Origin: Thermoproteota archaeon
Lineage (GTDB): Archaea > Thermoproteota > Thermoprotei > Thermofilales > B9-G17
Assembly (NCBI GenBank): GCA_029258885.1
Contig: JAPDJW010000003.1
Span: forward strand, 117,044-181,043
Reading direction: 5' to 3'
Length of the DNA: 64,000 nt
Part shown: positions 42,353 to 51,704 of the stretch, piece after piece
Layout: each line of letters begins with the position of its first letter
How positions within the stretch are numbered: the first letter of the stretch is position 1
Program-made: the position numbers and the translations under genes
The notes under the pieces: model-generated
The model's input: only the letters and a program-made list of their open reading frames with translations
Database searches by the model: none
What the model was told of the DNA's origin: nothing

Positions 42353-43305
42353 CGCTCTTGTTTTTAGGTTAAATGATTTATTGTTGTAATGCATTTATAG
42401 CATATGGATCAGGTTAAGCTTAAGCTAACCCTCACAGACGAGCAGGTAGTAGAGATGCTCCGAAAACACCGCTGGCCAAACGGCATAAAATGCCCATACT
42501 GCAAATCAAGCAAAATAGTCAAAAACGGCAAAGCACCAAACAAGCCATACCTCCAACGCTACCTATGCAGAGCCTGCGGCAGACAGTTCAGCGATACAAC
42601 AGGCACACCCTTCGCCTGGACGGAGCTACCGCCAAGCGAAGTACTCACGATAGCATACCTATACTTCAAGCTGGGGATGAGCCAGCTAGCCATAGCTAGG
42701 GAGACCGGTAGGAGCAGAACAGCGGTCCGCCGAGTCGTCAAGCTATTCGGTAAAGCTATAGAGGCTTGGTTTCGAAAAATTGAGGCTGAGCGGGGAGGTT
42801 GAGGTCGATGAGGCCTACGTGCCTCTAGGCTGTAAGGGTAGGAGGCGGGCTACGCCTAGGCGTCGTGGCGGCGGTAGGCGTAGGGGTCGAGCAACCAACC
42901 GTAAGAAGCCCTTCTTTACTCTTGTTGAGCGCGGCTCCCGTAGGGCTCTCTTTCTAGCTGAGAAAGGCGTGTCGAGTAAGGTTGTTGCAGGCGTTTTGCT
43001 TAGGCATGTTGAGCGTGGTAGTGTGGTTTATACTGATGAGTTCCGCGGCTATGGGCGTGTGTCTGCTCTCGGCTATGAGCATTTCTCGGTGAGGCATTCC
43101 AGCGGCGTTTACGCTGTTGGGCCTATGCATGTGAATGGTGCTGAGAGTGTGAATTGGCATTTAAGGGCTTTCCTCTTCTTTAAGCGTGGTGTATCGCTTT
43201 GGCAGGTGAATTTCTACGCTTATGCTACCTCCGCTTTCGTTAGGCTCTACGCAGATACGACGTTACATGCATGCCACTGGCTACTGGAGGTGATAGGTCA
43301 GAGCG
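42353..43305 (+). mobile_element. IS1595-family element (ISH4-group-like ends), transposase split into two frames
   Basis: Left end CGCTCTT; right end CAGAGCG; flanks TATTATAA / TATTATTG (6/8 direct repeat). ORF1 42404-42802 has a Zn ribbon + HTH. ORF2 42780-43373 has VEVDEAY, YTDE, H.SVRH and HVNGAES. Confidence 0.8.
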
Positions 43306-43326
43306 TATTATTGTTTAAAAGCGTTA

Positions 43327-43369
43327 TAGATGCTAGGGATTATGCATATATGTGTTTCGGATGCCTTAT
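43327..43369. repeat. 43-bp inverted copy of 44492-44536
   Basis: tagatgctagggattatgcatatatgtgtttcggatgccttat is the reverse complement of 44492-44536 except for one missing GT dinucleotide. Confidence 0.9.
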
Positions 43370-43470
43370 TTAAGAAGAAGTTTGTCCGTTAAATAGTGAT
43401 CTTTTCAACTATTCCCCTTTAAATCATAAGCTCTTCTTTTTAAATCCTTTACAGCCGCCCTCACAGCTCA

Positions 43471-43811
43471 TCATTGTTCATAAGCTTTTCTCTTAATATA
43501 TTTAACAAACCAACGATATGGAATTTCCTCAAATGAAGGTATAATCAAATCTATTATTTCACTCCAATCATCCGGTATATCATCAAATTCCTCAGCAATA
43601 ATCTCAAGAGCAGGAATAAGCAAAGCCGCTATTTTATCCTCCCTCCGTAACCGATCAAAAGAATTTCCTTATCAAAATCTTCAGGATAGCCATGCTACTC
43701 AAAGAACTTATAAATAAGATACCAGTCTCTAGGATTCAGCGAATTCTTCTCCATAATATCCAAACTTGAAAAATCAGCAAGAATATTTGACACATAAGTT
43801 AAATTAAAGTA
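43471..43811 (-). pseudogene. Decayed ORF of unknown function
   Basis: Protein-like frames (..NPRDWYLIYKFFE*HGYPEDFD.. / ..LIPALEIIAEEFDDIPDDWSEIIDL..) with one internal stop and one frameshift. Confidence 0.35.
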
Positions 43812-43853
43812 CTATACTTGAATTGCTTATGCTTCGATTACCGTTTATTAATC

Positions 43854-45731
43854 TTAGAGTACCGTTATGCTGATACTTTTTGAAAATATCCTATTCTTGC
43901 ATTTAACTGTTATGTTTCCGCCTGCCATACCTCTTGATCTTGCTTTACACTTAATTTTTATTTCTCTGATTTTGCCTTCGCTTAAATTCAATATTTCTAT
44001 CTTATTCTTTTCAAGCTCCAAGTTTCTTGAGAGATTAGTTAAATCTATTATGACCTTACTTAACATAGTATTAGCTTGCAGATATAACTTTAGGTTAAAG
44101 TTTTCATTGATGCTAACATTGTCTGGAACCTCTATTGTTAAAACGCCGAAATTACAGGCCGATAATTCTATCTCAGCTAAATACTTTACCAGCCTCGAAA
44201 TTACATACTCCATATCTCTAGCCTTAAGATCATTGATGCATCCTATTATGACTTCGATTGAATCATAGCATGCTCTATTCATACATAGAGCTATCTCTGA
44301 TTTTACATGACTTTTAATTTTTAGCTCAGGGATATTATTAGCGACAAATAGAGCCCTGTTAAAAATTTCATATGCATCCACACAGTCTTTCTCCATATAA
44401 TATCCTATATTAGCTAATGTAGAAGCTAGGTATATAGGATTTCTGATACTATATGATAGATTAAGAGATAAATTATACATTTTTATACTCGATAAGGCAT
44501 CCGAAACACACATATATGCATAATCCCTAGCATCTAAATTGCCGATTTCTCCAGCTAGTGTAATGCCGTTTGATGCCATATTCTTTAGGCATAGAGAAAA
44601 AGCCATAAGTATTCTATATGGGTCACCCCTATTAACATGCCTTGAATACTTTATATAATCTATTAAGTCTATAATTTCATCCCTAAATTTTGTGTTAATT
44701 AACCTATTAGCTATATATCCTAGCGGCAATAACGTATATGCTATTCTTTCAGAGTTCTTCGCTAATGATACCGCTTCACGAACGTAACCTATATCGAAAA
44801 GAGGAATAGAGAATAAAGGCCTATCAGTGTAATTCTTGAATAAGTGCTTGATATAAAAACTTAAGAATAAAGTTTCACTAACAGTTTTTAGCAAAGTAAT
44901 GTTTGAAATCCTTGAAACTACATTTGCTGACGAATACTTGTCTAATCTGCTTATTATATTAAGTAGATTAGAGGATAAATTAGAAATAGTTTGCTCATCA
45001 TCGCAATTCCTTATAATGCAAATAAGCGCAAGAGCCCGTATTTCATCACTACTGATGTTATTTAAAATCACCATACTATCCTCTATAAGATTAGCATGTA
45101 ACATGTTTATTAGCACACATAAGAAGAAGAGATCTCTACAATATTGATTAGATATATTTCTACATAAACTAATAGCTTCTCTAAATAATGAAACTTTTAA
45201 ATCATCCGGCAACATTAGAGCTGCATCCGATAATGCTAAAGCTTTCAAACGTTGTGGGCTTAAGTCCTTAATAACCATGTAAATATTATTGATATCATTA
45301 ATACTAGCAAAATATTTCGCTAAACCCAAAAGTACTATATTCCTCCATCTCCCATCTTTGATATTTTCCGCTAAACTTAATATCTGATCCACATTAATAT
45401 CTCTAGATCCTGTGGATAAAATATCATAAATTGCCAAAGAAAGATCTTCTTCATCTTTTATCATCGATAAATAGAATAATGCATCTTCAGGATTTCTTTC
45501 TAATAAGGCTAAAACAATAGTTCTTAAAGCTCTACTATACCATATACTTCCTTTAAGCTCTTCACTTATTTTTAACGCCTCGTTAATTAATCCCTTTCCA
45601 GCTAATATACGGGCTATGTTTTTAAGCGAAATCATCCTAGCTTTTACATCCTTTAACCCCTTAGCTACAATAATTGACCTTTGAGGTTCAAGGGGAGGTA
45701 ACGTGGATAATTCTAACTTATATATACCCAT
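43854..45731 (-). CDS. Helical-repeat (TPR/HEAT-like) protein with C-terminal Ig-like beta domain
   Basis: Recurring AL..A..I.....R..AL units, then the beta-rich tail LTIEVPDNVSINENFNLKLYL. Confidence 0.6.
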   Translation of the reverse strand: MGIYKLELSTLPPLEPQRSIIVAKGLKDVKARMISLKNIARILAGKGLINEALKISEELKGSIWYSRALRTIVLALLERNPEDALFYLSMIKDEEDLSLAIYDILSTGSRDINVDQILSLAENIKDGRWRNIVLLGLAKYFASINDINNIYMVIKDLSPQRLKALALSDAALMLPDDLKVSLFREAISLCRNISNQYCRDLFFLCVLINMLHANLIEDSMVILNNISSDEIRALALICIIRNCDDEQTISNLSSNLLNIISRLDKYSSANVVSRISNITLLKTVSETLFLSFYIKHLFKNYTDRPLFSIPLFDIGYVREAVSLAKNSERIAYTLLPLGYIANRLINTKFRDEIIDLIDYIKYSRHVNRGDPYRILMAFSLCLKNMASNGITLAGEIGNLDARDYAYMCVSDALSSIKMYNLSLNLSYSIRNPIYLASTLANIGYYMEKDCVDAYEIFNRALFVANNIPELKIKSHVKSEIALCMNRACYDSIEVIIGCINDLKARDMEYVISRLVKYLAEIELSACNFGVLTIEVPDNVSINENFNLKLYLQANTMLSKVIIDLTNLSRNLELEKNKIEILNLSEGKIREIKIKCKARSRGMAGGNITVKCKNRIFSKSISITVL

Positions 45732-46078
45732 GTCATTAATGATATGTAGTCAAAATATTAAATTTTTCTAATGATCCATAAATACCGACAGCCGTATACA
45801 CTATTTTCACATACTCATCAATACAACCTAGAATTACATCCTATTATTTTAACAGTAATTTTTAAAATATAAAATTCTAGTATAATTATAGCGATCTACA
45901 TTGTACATAATTGAGGATAATATTACATTAGCTTATGTGCGGGCATTATATAGGGCTGTTAAAAGAGGCTGCATAATTGCATTTTGATAGAAATTACCGA
46001 GTCATTAACAGATAGGAAGTAGTGCATTAGCACAAAGATATCCATTACTCTCCGACCAGTGAAATCTCTTTTATTTAA

Positions 46079-46438
46079 CTAATAAAAATGCTCAGCTATT
46101 TTACTGATTTTTCTTAGCGTTTTCTCTCTTTCCTCGGTCACTTCGTTTAAAGCTTTCTCAAGTTTATTAAACGCTTCTTCTCACGATAACTCGCCTTTTA
46201 CCCATTTGACAAAATAGATATTTAAAATGCCCTAAGCTTCCATGAGCATCTGCCATGTTATCTCCATTTTTTCGAAAAATTGTTTAAATGTTCTCCAATA
46301 GGTTTTCATAAACCATGTGCCCTGCTTAAGAGCTACTAATGCCAGTTTCCGACTTCGAACTTTATACCTCCTGTAAATATCCTTATATCAAGCGGGCTCA
46401 TTTATTCTTGGCAACTTAACCTTCCTCACTTCTTTCAC
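46079..46438 (-). pseudogene. Decayed small ORF
   Basis: GTG start; protein-like text interrupted by one stop and two frameshifts. Confidence 0.3.
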
Positions 46439-46483
46439 CTTGCGTTAATTTCTATCTTAACATTGGTATTTCACCAATTGTAA

Positions 46484-47116
46484 TTATTTTCCGAATCTTA
46501 TTATTGCTCTTATCTTGTTTAATGGTATTCCTATTTCTAGCATTGCATATACTACTAATGTGTATTTTGAGCCCAGGTATTTTGGCGGTGGATAATTTAC
46601 ATCTTCCTGCAGCCCGATCCATTTTAAGGTTGCCAAAAACTTTTTTATTTCCATTCTTGCCTCCTCTTCCTCATTTTTAAAGTATTTACCTATTATGTAT
46701 CTTATGCTCTTTCTATCTCTGAGAAGTTTTATTACCGCATTTATTAGGTGATCCTCTATATTCTCTGAGTATTGTTTTAACTTCAAATAGTATTTTCCTA
46801 AGTCGTCATGTGTCGGTATCTTTAAGTCTATTAATTCGTTTTCTCTAAATATTGCACGCCAGACGAAGAAGTCGCATTCAGACTTTTCTCCCGGTACTTG
46901 TATAAATACCATATAATCACGAAGTTTCTCTACAAGAATTACTCTAAAGTTCCTGTTACTACATATACTAAATTTTTCCTCCAAAAACTCCTGCGTTTCC
47001 TCCGGCGGAGGCAGCGGTCCAGAAACATTTCTTGTCCCATCAATATAACTTCTGGTTATTATCACATTTTTTACACGGCTAAGGTACTGTTGACCCTTAA
47101 TTTTTCTAGGGGTCAT
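46484..47116 (-). CDS. Hypothetical protein downstream of a DNA methyltransferase; candidate restriction endonuclease
   Basis: 210 aa; IPTHDD and LQEDVNYPPPKYLGSKY; 29 bp from the MTase stop. Confidence 0.55.
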   Translation of the reverse strand: MTPRKIKGQQYLSRVKNVIITRSYIDGTRNVSGPLPPPEETQEFLEEKFSICSNRNFRVILVEKLRDYMVFIQVPGEKSECDFFVWRAIFRENELIDLKIPTHDDLGKYYLKLKQYSENIEDHLINAVIKLLRDRKSIRYIIGKYFKNEEEEARMEIKKFLATLKWIGLQEDVNYPPPKYLGSKYTLVVYAMLEIGIPLNKIRAIIRFGK

Positions 47117-47145
47117 ACAGCTACTATATTAGCGTTTTTGTTTAA

Positions 47146-48042
47146 TTAAATTTTGTTCATACTGTATCTTAGCCTGGTGGTATCCTCATTTTTTCCCGGC
47201 TTTCTGAATATAAGTAGTTTTTCATGATATATAAGCAGGAAGTCTTTTTTATGCACTTTTCTCCAATATTTAGTCGTAGTTTTCATTTTATGCTGGATTT
47301 TTATGATCTCCTCCTTTAAAATAAATCCTATCTCTAGAAATATTCTAAGCACGTAATGCGAGATCGGGACATAATGTTTATGAATTCTTGTATCGCCTAT
47401 TAATATTGCACAATATTTCCCGCTTTTTAAGACCCTAAACATTTCTTTAGCTACGTCCCTAAGCATACTTAGATATTCCTTTAAATTTTTGGCGTTTGAA
47501 AGGTCGCCTTCCATCATGGTACTATATTTTATTATATTGAAGTATGGTGGGTGTGTTGCTATTAGGTCTATGCTTTCATCCTCTATCTTATCCAAATTAC
47601 GTGCATCACCATGATATGCCTTAAACCAAACAAGGGGATTTAGGTATTTTTTAAGATAATATATTCTATGTAATGTTAGTATCACCGATTCGAAACATAT
47701 ATCAAGGAATATACAGTGCCTATTAAGAAGTAGGGCTTCAATTGCCGTTGTTCCGCTTCCGACCATAGGATCTAAAACTACATCGTATGGTTTAGTGTAC
47801 ATGCTAATTAAAGTCCTAGGAATCTGCGGGGGCCAGTTGCCACGGTAGTCACCCTTATGCGTTGCCCAACCACCTCTTTCAGGGAAGCTCCAGACAGTTG
47901 TGCTAGTGTCTCTCAATTCATTAGATGTGGGCTTTAGTCTCGGTATTTTAATTGGTGAAAGCTGTATCATCTGCCCGCCGATTTTAACGTAATTTTTCTT
48001 AGATACGTATTCGAGATAATCTTTGATGGTTAACTCTCTCAT
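47146..48042 (-). CDS. Amino (N4-C/N6-A) DNA methyltransferase B
   Basis: TTVWSFPERG.WATH..YRGNW.PQ, DPMVGSGTT and ATHPPY. Likely start is the ATG at 48042. Confidence 0.85.
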   Translation of the reverse strand: MRELTIKDYLEYVSKKNYVKIGGQMIQLSPIKIPRLKPTSNELRDTSTTVWSFPERGGWATHKGDYRGNWPPQIPRTLISMYTKPYDVVLDPMVGSGTTAIEALLLNRHCIFLDICFESVILTLHRIYYLKKYLNPLVWFKAYHGDARNLDKIEDESIDLIATHPPYFNIIKYSTMMEGDLSNAKNLKEYLSMLRDVAKEMFRVLKSGKYCAILIGDTRIHKHYVPISHYVLRIFLEIGFILKEEIIKIQHKMKTTTKYWRKVHKKDFLLIYHEKLLIFRKPGKNEDTTRLRYSMNKI

Positions 48043-48134
48043 TTGAAGCAAATTTTCACCAATAACTATATACAAAGAAATATAAAGTTGAATCTAATAC
48101 ATTATACCAAACGATCCATGATGCGGTGCATGTC

Positions 48135-48314
48135 ATGAGAGGAGACTATAAAAGGAAAATTCTAGAGCTTATCAGGGAGAAGGGGGCGATTACGCCTAAA
48201 GAAATTTCAGAGACCACCGGCATTAACTATAACACGGTTAGAGGAGTCCTTTACCGTTTACTAAAGGCTGGTTTAATTAGGAGAAGAAAGCGTGGACTAT
48301 ATGAGCCCGTTTAA
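48135..48314 (+). CDS. Small winged-HTH regulator
   Basis: TPKEISETTGINYNTVRGVLYRL.KAGLI; divergent from MTase B. Confidence 0.75.
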   Translation: MRGDYKRKILELIREKGAITPKEISETTGINYNTVRGVLYRLLKAGLIRRRKRGLYEPV

Positions 48315-48316
48315 AT

Positions 48317-49315
48317 TTACCACCATTTCATGCTCTCCTTAAACTTGCTTATCTTTTCATCTTTTTCAGGCTTCCTAAATACGAACAGGTGTTCATGGGC
48401 TATTAGATGGAAATCCCTTTCCTTCATCTTCCACGGGATCGTTCCCATCATGTGATGTTGCAGCTTAATTATGTCTTCTCTTAATATGAAGCCTACGTCT
48501 AGGAAAGCCTGCATTACCCTAAATGCTATGGGTACATAATGTTTATGTCTTCTAGTATCTCCTACTAGTATGGCTAGATATCTTCCGGGTTTAAGTACCC
48601 TATAGAATTCCTCTGCAACTTTCCTCATCTCATTCACGTACTCATTTATCGATGATACTTTAGACAAGTCTCCCGGAGTCTTCAGCTTAGCCTTCTTAGT
48701 ATACGATATTATATTAGCATAAGGCGGGTGCGTTGCTATCAGATCTATGCTTTCGTCCTCTATCTTATCCAAATTACGTGCATCACCATGATAAAGCTTG
48801 ATGATCGGCTTAATATAATCACTACTTGACTTTGCCTCCTCTCCACCCAGCCATGCGTCAAGATGTTGGTGTACGGCTAATTTGGGCTCATATTCAAAGT
48901 TTAGCCTATCCCACGTTAGCATTAAGGCCTCATAGTTTATATCTACCCCTATCCCATGCCTACCAAGCAGCTTACATTCAATTAAGGTAGTTCCACTGCC
49001 AACAAAGGCGTCTAAAACCGTCTCGCCCGGTGACGAGTATTTCAATATAATGTTCCGCGCAACCTGCGGCGCCCAATTTCCCCTATATTTAACGTTAAGG
49101 TAATGCGTCGCCCATCTACCTCGCTCAGGAAAACTCCAAACAGTCGTTTTCTCCAATTTAAAGTTCGCAGGCTGATAAGTCTCTATCCTCCACTTTTTCC
49201 CTATCTCTAATATAGAGTCCTCTATAGCTACACTACTATGATTTTTAATATATTCAAGATACTCCTCAAAAGGCACCTCACGCATACTTATGTACTTAAT
49301 CTCCCCCTCGCTCAT
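48317..49315 (-). CDS. Amino (N4-C/N6-A) DNA methyltransferase A
   Basis: DAFVGSGTT and ATHPPY; paralogous to 47146..48042. Confidence 0.85.
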   Translation of the reverse strand: MSEGEIKYISMREVPFEEYLEYIKNHSSVAIEDSILEIGKKWRIETYQPANFKLEKTTVWSFPERGRWATHYLNVKYRGNWAPQVARNIILKYSSPGETVLDAFVGSGTTLIECKLLGRHGIGVDINYEALMLTWDRLNFEYEPKLAVHQHLDAWLGGEEAKSSSDYIKPIIKLYHGDARNLDKIEDESIDLIATHPPYANIISYTKKAKLKTPGDLSKVSSINEYVNEMRKVAEEFYRVLKPGRYLAILVGDTRRHKHYVPIAFRVMQAFLDVGFILREDIIKLQHHMMGTIPWKMKERDFHLIAHEHLFVFRKPEKDEKISKFKESMKWW

Positions 49316-49478
49316 CGTTTAAGCCCAAGTTAAGCTTTCACAACATATATTATTTGAGTTAAATATGTATATTTCCTTGAGTTTCAAAGAATAGTCCTCC
49401 CCCACGGCAATGAAGCAGAGATAAATGTAAATTATCCTTAAATATATTATTAAATTATAGTTAGATAGTTGGACTGGT

Positions 49479-50384
49479 GTGGGAATGGTCCTCTACAGTG
49501 TGCTGGGCTTTAAATCCTTTGAAGACTACGTCACCCACTTCTTTAAGACACTGCTACCTACAAACCAGACCTACGAGTATTTCGTAGACTGGAAGAAGGT
49601 TAGAGAAAACGTTAGAAAACACATTGCTGAAATAAACCTCCTTAATGCACTATCGAAAGTTAGCCGAGACGAAAGAGAGGAATTACTAAGAGATATTTTA
49701 GCAAAATACCCTAGAACATTATCAGTAATACCATTAATAATAGCTGTAAGGGAGTCAGAGATACATATAATCGAGATCAGTAGCATGATCCTTAAGACAT
49801 ATAACTTCCAGCCAAGAAGCTTAAGCTCCAAGGAGATCGAAGAGATAGCCGAATTCTGTAGAAACATCGGCATAATCGAGCTATTCGACACTATAAACGA
49901 CCTATACGCGTATCTTCTGGGCGTAGAGGTAGGGCTTGACTCAAATGCAAGAAAAAACCGCTCCGGAGATATATACGAGAAGATAATTGGCCACATTCTC
50001 TCAAGAGCTATAAACGATATCTCGGAAAAACAAGGTCTAAAAGCCACCATTAGACACAACAGAACCCTACCAAATATAGGCAAAGAAATAGACTACATAA
50101 TATACATCAACAATAAGCCAAAAATAGCCGTTGAATGCAACTTCTACAACGTGACCGGAAGCAAACCCATCGAAACAGCAAGATCATACATCGAGCTAAA
50201 CAACATCCTAAAAAGGCTAAACACAACCTTCATCTGGATAACCGACGGCCCAGCATGGAGAAAAATGAAAAACAACCTACTAGAATCCATGCATAAAATA
50301 AACTATATTCTAAATACCTTCATGGCGAAAGAGCTTATAAAAAACATACTTACATACGAACTACAAGACAAAATCCCAGCTTAA
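49479..50384 (+). CDS. DpnII/MboI-family type II restriction endonuclease (GATC expected)
   Basis: DSNARKNRSG, ECNFY..GSK..ETARSY and FIWITDG. Confidence 0.85.
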   Translation: MGMVLYSVLGFKSFEDYVTHFFKTLLPTNQTYEYFVDWKKVRENVRKHIAEINLLNALSKVSRDEREELLRDILAKYPRTLSVIPLIIAVRESEIHIIEISSMILKTYNFQPRSLSSKEIEEIAEFCRNIGIIELFDTINDLYAYLLGVEVGLDSNARKNRSGDIYEKIIGHILSRAINDISEKQGLKATIRHNRTLPNIGKEIDYIIYINNKPKIAVECNFYNVTGSKPIETARSYIELNNILKRLNTTFIWITDGPAWRKMKNNLLESMHKINYILNTFMAKELIKNILTYELQDKIPA

Positions 50385-50709
50385 ACCAGCTAATAAAATC
50401 CCTAGCCTTATCTTCGGGAATTTTAATATCCTCTTTAGAAATAACATCTAATAAATCTATTATTGAAAATAATAAATAATGATGTAAATCAATTGTTCTA
50501 AGAGCGATTCTATATGATATCTCGAGTTCTACTTTTTCTTTCTTATCCGAAGTATCCCATAAACTCCTTTTGATAAATGTAAAGAAATCTGCTATAAAGG
50601 ATCGCGGGTAGTAATCATATGCTGCAGTACCCATAATATCTTTTATCTTTTCAAATAAAGGAATTAAATCGCTTGCGATAATGCTAAAATTAACTTCACT
50701 TTGAGACAT
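50350..50709 (-). CDS. Hypothetical protein
   Basis: 119-aa helical ORF; its tail overlaps the REase by 35 bp. Confidence 0.45.
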   Translation of the reverse strand: MSQSEVNFSIIASDLIPLFEKIKDIMGTAAYDYYPRSFIADFFTFIKRSLWDTSDKKEKVELEISYRIALRTIDLHHYLLFSIIDLLDVISKEDIKIPEDKARDFISWFKLGFCLVVRM

Positions 50710-50948
50710 AAATATTATACTATCATAATTAATATTTAAATATTCCTAAAACTGTGCTTATGAAGTCAATTTAAACAACATGTGCTGCAAAAGTTGTTTG
50801 TGTAAGAAGTGCTATACATGAATCTCTTAGTGATATCATTAGTGAATAGAACCCACTCATTATTCAATTGCTTAAAATGAGCTCTAAAGAGGAAGTAGGA
50901 TTATTAAAGTTTATAACGAATTATATCGTTAATTTTAGCTTAACTTTT

Positions 50949-51621
50949 CTAATAAAATATTTTTTGGAAGACTATTAGTTTATCCTTTGTTAATGTTTCT
51001 TTTATTCTATTTAATGCGGTATTATAAGCAGGTATTTCATCTATTCTCCATAAACGTTTATAGATTCCTAATCCCGACCCCCATTTTTGAGCTGGCATCA
51101 ATTTAACCTTATTCTCAACCAAATCACGTATCGCTCTTACCGTACTGGCACTCAGAGCTTCATCTACATGATATATGTATCCAGTAACACCACCTATAAC
51201 CCTATAAGATTCGAGATAAATTCGATAACCCTTTTCTATTAATACATGCAAGACATCATCTTTATTCTTAAGGAAACGTAAAAGACGTCTAATATTAGTA
51301 TAATTAAGAGCGTAAACGCCAAATACAGCGTAATCTCCAAGTAGAAATGCACAGTAATTAATGGGATAATTAAGCCCCATCCATTGCGAAGTTACTTTTA
51401 TATCATCTAAGCTGAAGCCTAAATCTAAAAGTGCCCTTCTGGTAGATATATAGAGCATACCTCGTGAAGCAACGCCTTCAGAGCCCCTCCAGTGTACAGC
51501 CCCAAGCCGATTCCAGAAGAAAACACCGCTAATTATGAAACACGCTCAGGAATAGAAGAAAATAGGTATAGAAGAAAATAGCTAATGATAAGAGGATAGT
51601 TTGCTTAAACTTTAATTTCAT
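50949..51621 (-). pseudogene. Membrane/secreted protein with a 1-bp frameshift near 51538-51540
   Basis: ATG at 51621 gives MKLKFKQTILLSLAIFFYTYFLLFLSV. The next frame continues FIISGVFFWNRLG... into the 169-aa track ORF. Confidence 0.5.
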
Positions 51622-51704
51622 ATATGAATTGCGGGGATGCTCGTAGTTTCAGATTAGACGAGTTCATGAATAATTTTATAATTTCATAATTCTATTCCCT
51701 AATT

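Noticed and set aside
42765-42800. Programmed -1 frameshift in the IS transposase
   Set aside because: ORF2 is in the +1 frame and there is no X-XXY-YYZ heptamer.
43440-43480. ATGATGA on the minus strand as a C box
   Set aside because: No D box at a suitable distance; it coincides with the stop codons of a decayed ORF.
51631-51665. GCGGGGATGCTCG..., resembling a tRNA 5' end or an att site
   Set aside because: No D-arm/T-arm consensus or 3' half follows; too short to support.
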